Assembly: GCA_044240055.1 (NCBI GenBank)
Contig: JBIIAG010000010.1
Location: 18,463-82,462, forward strand
DNA length: 64,000 bases
Direction of reading: 5' to 3'
Source of the DNA: Crocinitomicaceae bacterium
Lineage (GTDB): Bacteria > Bacteroidota > Bacteroidia > Flavobacteriales_D > Crocinitomicaceae
The notes beneath the pieces were generated by a model. It was given only the letters and a program-made list of their open reading frames with translations. It did no database searches and had not been told where the DNA came from. Of this stretch, positions 19,549-28,757 are shown in pieces (within the stretch, counting starts at the first letter, position 1; each line of letters opens with the position of its first letter). The translations under genes and the position numbers were made by a program.

Positions 19549-19626
19549 AATGTTCCAATGTGCTAATGTTCCAATGTGCTAATGTGCTAATGTGCTCGTG
19601 TTTTTATGCCGTGGTGGAGTGCTAAT
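19549..19626 (+). repeat. phased octamer array (GTTCCAAT/GTGCTAAT) upstream of the LamG/T9SS gene
   Basis: Read directly: GTTCCAAT GTGCTAAT GTTCCAAT GTGCTAAT GTGCTAAT GTGCTCGT GTTTTTAT, plus one more GTGCTAAT out of phase at about 19619. Confidence 0.8.
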
Positions 19627-19696
19627 GATTTACAAGATGAAAACGATATAATTTAAGGACTAAAAATATTTCACTAACTTCGTTCAAACTTAAACA

Positions 19697-21835
19697 ATGA
19701 AACATTTACTACTATTAATCAGCGTATTTCTTTCCCTTGGACTTTGGTCACAAGTACCGAGTTATGTTCCACAATATGGACTTTTAGGATACTATCCTTT
19801 TAATGGCACACCGAATGATGTCAGTGCAAATGCAGCAAACTTAACGAACAATGGAGCTGTACTTACCGCAGATCGATTTGGTACTGCAAATGCAGCATAT
19901 TCCTTTAATGGTGTCAATCAAAACTTAATCAATAACACACCAAATTTCACATTTAATCCGACTTCAAGTTTCACGTATTCATTTTGGTATAATCGCAATG
20001 TGACATCATTAAACGGTGTCCTAATGATGAACGCAACAAATGCTGCAGGGAACTTTATTTGGATTTTTCAAGCTGGTGCAACGAATTCGCAATTCGGAAC
20101 CAACAAACAACAATCAGCTTGGATTTGGGCTCCAACAGCATCGACAACAAGTACTTGGACTCACATTGTCTGTGTTTACAATGCAGGGGCGATGACACTT
20201 TACAAGAATAATGTTCAAGTGGCAACAGCAACCTTTACCCACACAAACGTAACTAGCGCAACTTTACCACTTTATATTGGCCGAGGTGTTGGTGGAGATT
20301 TTTACAATGGTAAAATGGATGATATTGGCATCTGGAATAGAGCCTTAACTCCTTGTGAGATCAACGATTTATACAACAGTTCCAATTCATTAACAGGCGT
20401 AAGTGCTGGAGTAGATATAAATAGTTGTAACAACTCATCCATTACACTGAACGGATCAGGAGCACTTAATTATTTTTGGAATCAAAATGTGTCTAATGGT
20501 ATCCCATTTACGCCGGCTACTAACGGGACCTACCTTGTAACTGGATTCAATGCAAATGGTTGCTCTGCATGGGATGAAACCAATGTTACTTTGGGACAAT
20601 TAAGCATAAATGCCGGACAAGATTTAGCTGTTTGTCCAGGAGATACCGTAACACTTTCAGCAACGGGCGCACAAACCTACACATGGACAAATTCTGTCAC
20701 GAATAATCAACCTTTTGTTGCCACGCAAAGTGGAACGTACATAGCAACAGGTGTTGATGGAGCATGTACAGATACAGATACCTTACAGATTAATATCTTA
20801 CCGTTACCACAAATCAACGCAGGAAATGACACCGTACTTTGTGCCGGTGGAATTGTTACTTTGAATGCTACAGGCGGACAAAACTACCAATGGAATAATA
20901 ACGTGCAAAACGCTGTTCCATTTAGCGCGTTAAATAGCGCTTCCTACATCGTTACAGGATTCAGTCCGGCTGGATGTGCTAACGAAGATACAGTAGAAGT
21001 CATCGCGAATCCAGTTCCTAATATCAATGCTGGGAATGATGTTACTACTTGTTCAGGTCAATCCGTTGTACTAACAGCAATTGGTGGTTTCAATTTACAA
21101 TGGAACAATGGCGTGCAAGATGGTATTCCATTTTTCCCAAGTACAAACGGTACTTATATTGTAACAGGAATGAGTAACGATGGATGTTATGGAACAGACA
21201 CATTGGATTTAAGCGTCGGAACTTTACCGGATATTTCAGCAGGAAACGACCAAGTAATTTGTCAAGGTGACTCAGTTGTATTGGCTGCAAACGGTGGCTC
21301 TACCTACCAATGGATCAATGGCGTAACAAATGGCGGCATTTTTTCTCCAACACAGACCATCACCCTCGAAGTAACTGGTTTCAGTGGTGCTGGATGTAGC
21401 AACATCGATTCGATGACCATTACAGTGAATAATCCCAGTCAAAGTACTGTAACAGCAAATGGAATTGATGTGTATACATTCAATGGAATTGAATACACCA
21501 CATCAGGTACATTCACACAAGTAATTTCCAATTCAGCAGGATGCGATAGTACCATTACACTTGTTTTAAGTATGGAATATACCGGTCTATCTGAAGGGGA
21601 TTTTTCTTCTTTGAACGTTTATCCAAATCCAACGAATGGGGAACTATTCATACTTATTCCGGCAGATTTAATTGGTCAAAAAGCTAGTTTAAGAGATGTT
21701 TCCGGAAAGAAAATTGCATCGATTGAATTGAACGAAGGAACAAGCAATTTTAATTTGAACGGACTTTCCAACGGAACTTATTTTATCGTGATTGATCAGC
21801 TGAGTTTAGCTCCGATTCGAGTAGTGAAAGAGTAA
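19697..21835 (+). CDS. LamG (concanavalin A-like lectin) domain surface protein with tandem Ig-like repeats and a type A T9SS C-terminal sorting domain
   Basis: Signal peptide. LamG_3-like N-terminus (YPFNGTPNDVS...WTHIVCVYNAGAMTLYKNN...LYIGRG...FYNGKMDDIGIWNRALT). There are 5-6 repeats of about 70 aa (INAGND..C.G..V.L.A.GG..YQW.N.V.NG.PF). The C-terminus VYPNPTNGELFI...GTYFIVI fits the type A CTD. Confidence 0.85.
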   Translation: MKHLLLLISVFLSLGLWSQVPSYVPQYGLLGYYPFNGTPNDVSANAANLTNNGAVLTADRFGTANAAYSFNGVNQNLINNTPNFTFNPTSSFTYSFWYNRNVTSLNGVLMMNATNAAGNFIWIFQAGATNSQFGTNKQQSAWIWAPTASTTSTWTHIVCVYNAGAMTLYKNNVQVATATFTHTNVTSATLPLYIGRGVGGDFYNGKMDDIGIWNRALTPCEINDLYNSSNSLTGVSAGVDINSCNNSSITLNGSGALNYFWNQNVSNGIPFTPATNGTYLVTGFNANGCSAWDETNVTLGQLSINAGQDLAVCPGDTVTLSATGAQTYTWTNSVTNNQPFVATQSGTYIATGVDGACTDTDTLQINILPLPQINAGNDTVLCAGGIVTLNATGGQNYQWNNNVQNAVPFSALNSASYIVTGFSPAGCANEDTVEVIANPVPNINAGNDVTTCSGQSVVLTAIGGFNLQWNNGVQDGIPFFPSTNGTYIVTGMSNDGCYGTDTLDLSVGTLPDISAGNDQVICQGDSVVLAANGGSTYQWINGVTNGGIFSPTQTITLEVTGFSGAGCSNIDSMTITVNNPSQSTVTANGIDVYTFNGIEYTTSGTFTQVISNSAGCDSTITLVLSMEYTGLSEGDFSSLNVYPNPTNGELFILIPADLIGQKASLRDVSGKKIASIELNEGTSNFNLNGLSNGTYFIVIDQLSLAPIRVVKE

Positions 21836-21837
21836 TG

Positions 21838-22000
21838 ATGTGCTAATTGGGGAATGTGCTAATGTGCTAATGTTTCAATGTGCTAATGTTTCAATGTGCT
21901 AATGTTTCAATGTGCTAATGTTTTAATGTGCTAATGTTTCAATGTGCTAATGTTTCAATGTGCTAATGTTTTAATGTGCTAATTGGTGGAAGTGCTAATT
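21838..22000 (+). repeat. tandem array with a 16-bp unit GTGCTAATGTTTCAAT (8-bp sub-period GTnnnAAT), about 10 units
   Basis: The GTGCTAA core recurs at 21840, 21856, 21864, 21880, 21896, 21912, 21928, 21944, 21960, 21976 and 21992. That is an exact 16-bp phase from 21864 onward. Variants are GTTTTAAT and TGGGGAAT. The array starts 3 nt after the stop codon of the LamG gene. Confidence 0.9.
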
Positions 22001-22059
22001 CCTCTATTGACAATTAAATGAGTAATATTGCTGCTTCAAAATACTTAACCTGACATTTT

Positions 22060-22923
22060 GTGCAAGAATTCATCGCATACATAAATCACCATCCACTGAG
22101 GATTATTGCTATACTCGTTGTGATTTTCGCTATTCTAGTTACGCTATTTTTTGTTTTGAAAAAGGGTATAAAGAAATGGCTAACACTTGGACTATTAATC
22201 GTTTTTATTCCACTTGCATTTAGGATTGTTAAATTGACACCGATAAAACGCTTAAACTTTTTCCAAGAAACGAGCATCACCAAAGAAAACACAGACCTCT
22301 CATCCTATGAAAAAAATGGTGTTAAAACCTTTGGGATTGACATTTCACACCATCAAGGGACGCTAAATTGGGATTCATTAATCACCTCAAAACATCCCAT
22401 ACAATTTGTCATCATTCGAGCGACATATGGCTCCACAATATTGGACCGGGAATTTCATCGAAACTGGAATGAGAGCAGCGGAAAACCATACATCAGAGGC
22501 GTTTATCACTATTATCGTCCTGACCAATCATCCGCAAGCCAATTTGATTTCTTTAAAAGCCACGTTTACCTCAAAAAAGGAGATTTGCCACCCGTTTTGG
22601 ATATTGAAGAAAATAGTTCGTTTGGAAGCGAAAACTTACTGAAAGGCGTTAAAAACTGGTTGAAATTAGCGGAACAACACTACCGAATCAAACCAATCAT
22701 TTATGCCAACTTGAACTTTTATTTACGCTACTTCAATACACCCGATTTTAAAAAATACCATTTTTGGATTGCAGCCTATGCGGGACATCGGCGTGTAAAC
22801 AATATTCCATGGACCTTTCTTCAATTTTCTGAAAACATGAGGGTAAAAGGGACAAATGAAAATGTAGATGGAAATGATTTCAACGGAAACAGAAAGGATT
22901 TAGAGAAATTGACAATTCGTTAA
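22060..22923 (+). CDS. membrane-anchored GH25 family muramidase (lysozyme)
   Basis: Two N-terminal hydrophobic helices. GH25 motifs are present: FGIDISHHQG, FVIIRATYG, GVYHYYRP, LPPVLDIEE. The start is GTG per the ORF track. Confidence 0.8.
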   Translation: MQEFIAYINHHPLRIIAILVVIFAILVTLFFVLKKGIKKWLTLGLLIVFIPLAFRIVKLTPIKRLNFFQETSITKENTDLSSYEKNGVKTFGIDISHHQGTLNWDSLITSKHPIQFVIIRATYGSTILDREFHRNWNESSGKPYIRGVYHYYRPDQSSASQFDFFKSHVYLKKGDLPPVLDIEENSSFGSENLLKGVKNWLKLAEQHYRIKPIIYANLNFYLRYFNTPDFKKYHFWIAAYAGHRRVNNIPWTFLQFSENMRVKGTNENVDGNDFNGNRKDLEKLTIR

Positions 22924-22940
22924 ATCGTACCAAATTAACT

Positions 22941-22948
22941 TATCTTTG
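22941..22948 (+). promoter_or_regulatory. Bacteroidota sigma-A type -7 box (TAnnTTTG) for the GH3 gene
   Basis: TATCTTTG lies only 7 nt upstream of the ATG at 22956. Confidence 0.4.
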
Positions 22949-22955
22949 GATCGAG

Positions 22956-25574
22956 ATGAGAACATTCTACCTTTTGATATTCATCGGATTCACCTCCGTA
23001 CTTACGGCGCAAAACTATAAGGATCCAAATCAAGAAACCTCCATTCGCGTAAAGGATTTGCTATCGCGAATGACTTGGGAAGAAAAATGTTGGCAGTTAT
23101 TCATGGTGCCAGGCGATACGAACTTACTTCATGGACAACTTGTCAACGGGATCTTTGGTCTACAAGTCAGTGCGCAATCGGCAGGTGATGTAGCTGGTCA
23201 AGGGCTAAACTACCAAACATCTCACCCCGCTGCTATTCAAATGGAACGCCTCAATTCAATTCAAAAATATTGCATCGAAGAAACACGTTTAGGAATTCCA
23301 ATGCTGCCATTCGATGAAGCGTTACATGGACTTGTTCGAAATGGCGCAACTGCTTTTCCGCAGTCTATTGCTTTAGCTGCGACTTGGGACACTGAACTTG
23401 TTCATCAAGCTGCTTTGCATATTTCATATGAAACCAAACAACGTGGCATTCGACAAATATTGTCACCTGTGGTGAATTTAGCGACAGATGTCCGCTGGGG
23501 ACGAACGGAAGAAACCTATGGTGAAGATCCGTTTCTTAGTGCTCAAATGGGGGTAGCCTTCATGCGTGCGTTCGAAGAAAACGGCATCATTACCACACCA
23601 AAACATTTTATTGCCAACGTTGGCGATGGCGGACGAGACAGCTATCCAATTCACCTGAGTAAATGGTATTTGGAACGGATGCACCTCGCTCCCTTCGAAC
23701 GCGCCATAAAAAATGCGGGAAGTCGATCTATTATGACCTCCTACAATTCCTTGAATGGACAAGCATGCTCCTCAAATAAATGGTTATTAACCGATAAATT
23801 GAAAAAAGATTGGGGATTTCAAGGATTTGTCATTTCAGATGCTAATGCCGTTGGTGGAGAATTGGTCCTTCATCAAACTTCCGCAGGATATGTAGAAAGT
23901 GGCGTGCATGCCATCAACGCTGGTCTCGATGTGATTTTCCAAACGGATATTGCACATTTCCCCTTGTTTTTCCCAGTGTTTCCACCTAAGGAAATGGACA
24001 CGCTACGAATCAATGATGCCGTTTCACGCGTATTAAAAGCAAAATTTGAATTAGGCTTATTCGAACATCCGTATGCACAGCAAACGATGAATTTGGATTC
24101 ACTTTTAACGGCTGGACATCAACTTGCACAAAAAGTCGCTGAAGAATCCATCGTTTTACTTAAGAATGACGAGGCAATACTTCCTTTGAGTATGGATATT
24201 GAATCCATTTCTATCTTCGGGGAAGACGCCGTTTTAGGTCGATTGGGTGGGTATAGTGGACCCGGATTTCAAGTCATTTCCATTTTGGATGGCATCAAAG
24301 CAGCGTTTCCAGAAAAAGAAATTTCTTTCGAAAAAGGCGTCTTACTCAAAGATACAAGTATCCAAGTCATTTCTAGTCGCTCTATAACTCACAATGAGAA
24401 TCCTGGTTTTCTAGGCGAATACTTTAGTAACCCGAAATTAGAAGGAACTCCCGTATTCACACGAAGAGATGAGCAAATTGATTTTCATTGGACACTTTAT
24501 GGTCCACACACTTCTATGAACCCACATTTCTATAGTGTTCGTTGGACTGGAACTTATAAACCAGTAAAATCAGGAAATTTAACCCTCGGACTCGAAGGAA
24601 ATGATGGCTATCGACTTTTCATCAATGGAGAATTGTTAATAGACCGTTGGGAAAAACAATCTTATCACCAAGATTTGATCGAATATTCATTCAAAAAAGG
24701 TGTTGCGTACAATCTTCAAATTGAGTTCAAAGAAAGCCAAGGAAATGGATTGATAAAATTCATTTCGAAACATGTTGATGAAAAAGCAAAAAAAGCTCAA
24801 TTAAACCGAATCGTAAAGTGTTCAAAATCTGCAGCAACGAACATTGTTGTCGTAGGAATCGAGGAAGGAGAATTCAATGACCGAGCATCCTTAAGCGTGT
24901 CAAAACAACAAGAACAATTAATTCATACCGTAGCCAAAAACGGAAAGAACACCATCGTCATAATCGTTGGTGGTAGTGCCGTAAATATGGAATCTTGGAT
25001 TGAAGAAGTAAATGGAGTTCTCGCTGTTTGGTATCCGGGAGAAGCAGGTGGTAAAGCAGTAGCAAATATTCTAAACGGAACGGTGAATCCCTCTGGAAGA
25101 CTTCCGATTACCTACCCGCTTAATGAAGCACAATTACCACTCATTTATAATCATTTACCAACAGGTAGAGGCGATGATTATCGAAACCTCAGTGGCGAAC
25201 CCTTATTTCCTTTTGGATTTGGACTTAGCTATACCACATTTGACTATGCCATTGATGAAATAGAAAAAAACACATATCAACTTGGGGATACACTTAAAAT
25301 CAATCTTAAACTTACAAATACAGGATCAAGAAAAGGAACAGAGGTCGTTCAATGTTACTTAAAAAGCCTTCTGACGGATGAAATCAGGCCGGTTCAGGAG
25401 TTGATTCAATTTCAACGTATTCCTTTAAACGCTGACGAAACTTCGATACAAGAACTTCAATTTATCTTGAACCAAGACTTATCTACATTTGGACTCTCGC
25501 CAGGTGACTATGAAGTTCAAATTGGACATTCATCCAAAGACATTAGAAAAGTTATTCCTTTCAGGGTTCAATAG
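22956..25574 (+). CDS. bglX: GH3 beta-glucosidase with an inserted PA14 domain
   Basis: 872 aa with a signal peptide. GH3 motifs are LPFDEALHG, GRTEETYGEDP and KDWGFQGFVISDANAV (nucleophile Asp). The PA14-like segment reads GFLGEYFSNPKLEGTPVFTRRDEQIDFHW...GNDGYRLFINGELLID. Confidence 0.9.
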   Translation: MRTFYLLIFIGFTSVLTAQNYKDPNQETSIRVKDLLSRMTWEEKCWQLFMVPGDTNLLHGQLVNGIFGLQVSAQSAGDVAGQGLNYQTSHPAAIQMERLNSIQKYCIEETRLGIPMLPFDEALHGLVRNGATAFPQSIALAATWDTELVHQAALHISYETKQRGIRQILSPVVNLATDVRWGRTEETYGEDPFLSAQMGVAFMRAFEENGIITTPKHFIANVGDGGRDSYPIHLSKWYLERMHLAPFERAIKNAGSRSIMTSYNSLNGQACSSNKWLLTDKLKKDWGFQGFVISDANAVGGELVLHQTSAGYVESGVHAINAGLDVIFQTDIAHFPLFFPVFPPKEMDTLRINDAVSRVLKAKFELGLFEHPYAQQTMNLDSLLTAGHQLAQKVAEESIVLLKNDEAILPLSMDIESISIFGEDAVLGRLGGYSGPGFQVISILDGIKAAFPEKEISFEKGVLLKDTSIQVISSRSITHNENPGFLGEYFSNPKLEGTPVFTRRDEQIDFHWTLYGPHTSMNPHFYSVRWTGTYKPVKSGNLTLGLEGNDGYRLFINGELLIDRWEKQSYHQDLIEYSFKKGVAYNLQIEFKESQGNGLIKFISKHVDEKAKKAQLNRIVKCSKSAATNIVVVGIEEGEFNDRASLSVSKQQEQLIHTVAKNGKNTIVIIVGGSAVNMESWIEEVNGVLAVWYPGEAGGKAVANILNGTVNPSGRLPITYPLNEAQLPLIYNHLPTGRGDDYRNLSGEPLFPFGFGLSYTTFDYAIDEIEKNTYQLGDTLKINLKLTNTGSRKGTEVVQCYLKSLLTDEIRPVQELIQFQRIPLNADETSIQELQFILNQDLSTFGLSPGDYEVQIGHSSKDIRKVIPFRVQ

Positions 25575-25638
25575 AATGTGGGCTTAATTAGGTGAAATAT
25601 AAGGCCGACTTCCATTATGTTCCATTTGATATTTGTAG

Positions 25639-26931
25639 TTAAAACATCACCGAAATTGATTCAAAGTATTGCTCAAAATACTCATCAGTAAAAATCGGAT
25701 AATCAATTTTTGACCGGTAATATCGAAAATCTGATTGTAACTTTTCCGTTGACTCACCAAGTTTATAAGAGATTTGTAATTTAAAAAACGAAGTAAATAA
25801 TTCTATAAATTCTCGATATCCATGTCGAATGTGCCCATAAGGAATATCTTCAAGAATACTACTTGCTTGCGCGAATTGTCCATCTTCAATTAAACGTGAT
25901 GCTTGAAATACTCTGTGTATGGACACTTGTGAAAGGTGGTACCAAAATTTAATACTATTCACCAAGTGGGAATGATCAAGAACCAATTTCATTAAATCTG
26001 GATCGCGAGAAACCAAACATTGAACACAAGGCTCGTATAAAAGTTCTGTTGCAAATTGGGGTTCAGCATTCAAGCGAAGTTTTATTTTAGCAATCAAAGA
26101 ACGTCTAGAACTTTTATTTTTCGTTAAGAGTATTTTAAGTCCGAAAATTCTACCATATAAAATCGGGTGCTGACTTATATCGAGATCAGGTAACCGTCGG
26201 ATACTTTGTTGAACCATGTCCTCTTGCATTAAAAAACTGCGCCAATGTTCTAGACAGACAATAAATGTTTTTGTTTCCTGATCAAGATTCGTTTGATTCA
26301 TTAAGAAACGAATCCATTTACCATATTTTTGATTTAAACGCGAATAGTCGACAAATATCTTGAATACTAAGTCTCTAAAATTGGGTTCAAGAAGCAATTG
26401 CTCCTCTAATTCTTCATCGTCAAAATTCCTAAAATGCAGTCCGACCAAGACACCAATTTGCGCTACTTCATCGTAAGGCAATGCTGCAAATTGAAAATCT
26501 GGTTCGCGAAAGACCCGAAGTAATCCATTTAAATCTCTACGGTAAATTAACTCCCTAAGACCAATCGTAAGAGAAACCGTAAAATGATCATTATGACGTT
26601 TTCGAAAGCGTAATAATTCTATTAACTCAGTAGAATCCTCATGGGAAAGATCAACAAATAAACGTTCCCAAGTAGGCCATGTATCCACCTCCGCATATCG
26701 TTGACTGAAGTCCTTAAAGGAACGAAAACCACAATAAACGGAAAGTTGATCCAAGGTATTTTCTCTCGGTTTACGGTATTCTGCCAATCCAAAAAAACGA
26801 CGCAATGTGTTGTAAGAGAGTAGCGCATTTGTTTTTTCGTAAATATCTTGTACGAGCGCTTCACAATGACCTCTATCTGTGATTTTTCGATTAAAGGTTT
26901 TTTCAATTTCAAGTTTTAATTCATCAATCAT
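25639..26931 (-). CDS. hypothetical all-alpha protein with an N-terminal HTH-like segment (paralogue 1 of 2)
   Basis: 430 aa. It is colinear with ORF 30893..32176 over the full length, with many shared blocks: LSYNTLRRFFG / VSYNTFRRLFG, LRELIYRRDL, FRDLV.K.FVDYS.LN.KYG.WI, HPILYGRI, YPIFT.EYF..YF. Confidence 0.6.
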   Translation of the reverse strand: MIDELKLEIEKTFNRKITDRGHCEALVQDIYEKTNALLSYNTLRRFFGLAEYRKPRENTLDQLSVYCGFRSFKDFSQRYAEVDTWPTWERLFVDLSHEDSTELIELLRFRKRHNDHFTVSLTIGLRELIYRRDLNGLLRVFREPDFQFAALPYDEVAQIGVLVGLHFRNFDDEELEEQLLLEPNFRDLVFKIFVDYSRLNQKYGKWIRFLMNQTNLDQETKTFIVCLEHWRSFLMQEDMVQQSIRRLPDLDISQHPILYGRIFGLKILLTKNKSSRRSLIAKIKLRLNAEPQFATELLYEPCVQCLVSRDPDLMKLVLDHSHLVNSIKFWYHLSQVSIHRVFQASRLIEDGQFAQASSILEDIPYGHIRHGYREFIELFTSFFKLQISYKLGESTEKLQSDFRYYRSKIDYPIFTDEYFEQYFESISVMF

Positions 26932-27030
26932 GATGCAAATGTATCATTTGTGTATCATTTTGACACTTTATATTATTTAATATTATCCAAAATTTACATG
27001 AATTAATTAATATTTTAAATCTTAAAAAAA

Positions 27031-27645
27031 ATGAATAATTACATTATTGAAGGTTTTTTAGTGGAACAAAAGGTAGGGATACTCAGTAGTTCAAGCTATG
27101 CAAGAAGAAAAACTGGATTAGATTTTGCCATTGCAAAACTAAATGATCATTATGAAAACGGACTAACTTATGTATGTAATTACGATGCATACGTTCAGCT
27201 TAAACCTGGCTGTATGAGAAAAATCATCCGTTTCATACGAAAAAAAGACAAGGAAGAGCCTATTGAAATTAAATATAAATATGCCGTTTTCACGAAAAAT
27301 GAGCATAAGATATCAGGATTTAAATTCACGGAAATTCCTTCTGTTTGGACTTCCGTTACGCTCGGTGTATTTGACAAAAAACATATTCAAGACCCCTATT
27401 TAGAACAAGGGAAAATAGCAGTAGCCGATTTTATCAACAAAAATCCCCAAGTTAAACCTTACTGTGATCTTGAAGTTATGGTGAAATTTAAACCAGGCTT
27501 TTTTAGACGAATTTGGAATTTTATCACTGGAAAATCTTACAAAAACAAGTTTAGCTTTGATTATTTTTCATTTAATATCGCTCAAGATTTTAGAACAGAT
27601 AACTCAGAATTTGAAGGAAGTTTCCTGAAAAAACTACTTAAATAG
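27031..27645 (+). CDS. hypothetical soluble protein with an internal domain duplication
   Basis: 204 aa. Two halves of about 90 aa share the motif V.(L/F)KPG(C/F).R(K/R)I..FI..K (YVQLKPGCMRKIIRFIRKK versus VMVKFKPGFFRRIWNFITGK). It is transcribed divergently from 25639..26931. Confidence 0.55.
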   Translation: MNNYIIEGFLVEQKVGILSSSSYARRKTGLDFAIAKLNDHYENGLTYVCNYDAYVQLKPGCMRKIIRFIRKKDKEEPIEIKYKYAVFTKNEHKISGFKFTEIPSVWTSVTLGVFDKKHIQDPYLEQGKIAVADFINKNPQVKPYCDLEVMVKFKPGFFRRIWNFITGKSYKNKFSFDYFSFNIAQDFRTDNSEFEGSFLKKLLK

Positions 27646-27669
27646 GGTGAATGAAATAGCTGATAAAAA

Positions 27670-27879
27670 ATGAAGGTTATTTTCACCTATTTGATTAAAC
27701 GATATCAGAACAATAAGAAAGAAGATCATGTAGATTCGTGTATTTTCATACCATGTTGCTCTGAATATGCTCTACTAGCCTTGAAAAAACATAACTTTAT
27801 CAGGGCTAGTTTTTTAATTGTAAAAAGAATTTACAATTGTGATGTAAATAAGAGCTGCGGTGGTCATGACTATCCCTAA
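27670..27879 (+). CDS. YidD-like (membrane protein insertion efficiency factor family) small protein
   Basis: 69 aa. LIKRYQ...CIFIPCCSEYALLALKKHNFIRASFLIVKRIYNC....CGGHDYP aligns by eye with E. coli YidD LIRVYQ...[46 protein letters not shown]. Confidence 0.65.
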   Translation: MKVIFTYLIKRYQNNKKEDHVDSCIFIPCCSEYALLALKKHNFIRASFLIVKRIYNCDVNKSCGGHDYP

Positions 27880-27957
27880 AAAAGAACGTAAGTAACGATT
27901 TATTGAATTTTATGTTTATTTTCGTTTTACTCCTATTAATTAAAATTGATTCCATAA

Positions 27958-28755
27958 ATGTACAACGAACAAATTGACAAATTAATTGAAATGGCGCTCA
28001 TGGACGGAGAGCTAACGGAGAAAGAAAAACAAATTCTTTTCAAGAAAGCTGAATCCTTGGGTTTAGATTTAGATGAGTTCGAAATGGTTCTTGACGCCAA
28101 ACTATTTGAGAAAAAACAAGCGTCAAATTCCAATAATACTACAGCTAGTGCCGCTCCAGTTTCGGATAAACTAGGTGATGTAAAGAAATGTCCAGGATGT
28201 GGCGCAATAACAGAGTCATTTTCAACAAAATGTTCTGATTGTGGCACTGAATTCAGAAACATAAATGCTTCCCAAAACATTACGAAATTTTTTGACAAAC
28301 TAAATGAATTGGAAGCAGGGAGAGAAGAAAGTCTTTTTGGATCTCAAAAAATAAGTGGAAATATTGGTTGTGGAACCATCATAAAATGGTTTTTTTTATA
28401 CCCCATTTTAATCCCATATAATATTATCATTTTTGTCATCAACAAGTCAAAACCTCCTAAATGGTCTACGACCGATATTAGAAAAGAAGAAATGATCATG
28501 AATTTCCCCGTGCCCAACTCTAAAGAGGAAATTATTGAGTTTTTAACTCTCTCCACAAGCAAGATTCAGGAGGTTTCTTTGATCAATCGTTTCAACGAGG
28601 AAGGTAAATACATATCTAAATGGAATTCGATTTGGCGTAAAAAAGCAGAGCAAATATTTACCAAAGCAAAGTTATCAATGTCAAATGACAAAGCAACAAT
28701 ACAAGTAATTGAAAACATGCTGATTGATGCAAAAATAATTCATGTAAAAAAATAG
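27958..28755 (+). CDS. TerB-like N-terminal domain / zinc-ribbon / single-TM protein
   Basis: 265 aa. The N-terminus IDKLIEMALMDGELTEKEKQILFKKAESLGLDLDEF is TerB/DjlA-N-like. The zinc ribbon reads CPGCGAITESFSTKCSDCG. The TM helix is IIKWFFLYPILIPYNIIIFVI. The stop lies 2 nt before the next start. Confidence 0.6.
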   Translation: MYNEQIDKLIEMALMDGELTEKEKQILFKKAESLGLDLDEFEMVLDAKLFEKKQASNSNNTTASAAPVSDKLGDVKKCPGCGAITESFSTKCSDCGTEFRNINASQNITKFFDKLNELEAGREESLFGSQKISGNIGCGTIIKWFFLYPILIPYNIIIFVINKSKPPKWSTTDIRKEEMIMNFPVPNSKEEIIEFLTLSTSKIQEVSLINRFNEEGKYISKWNSIWRKKAEQIFTKAKLSMSNDKATIQVIENMLIDAKIIHVKK

Positions 28756-28757
28756 TT

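Noticed and set aside
21838-22000. A regularly spaced repeat array that could be taken for a CRISPR locus
   Set aside because: The units are 16 bp and directly abutting, with no unique spacers. There are no cas genes in the window. It is a tandem minisatellite.
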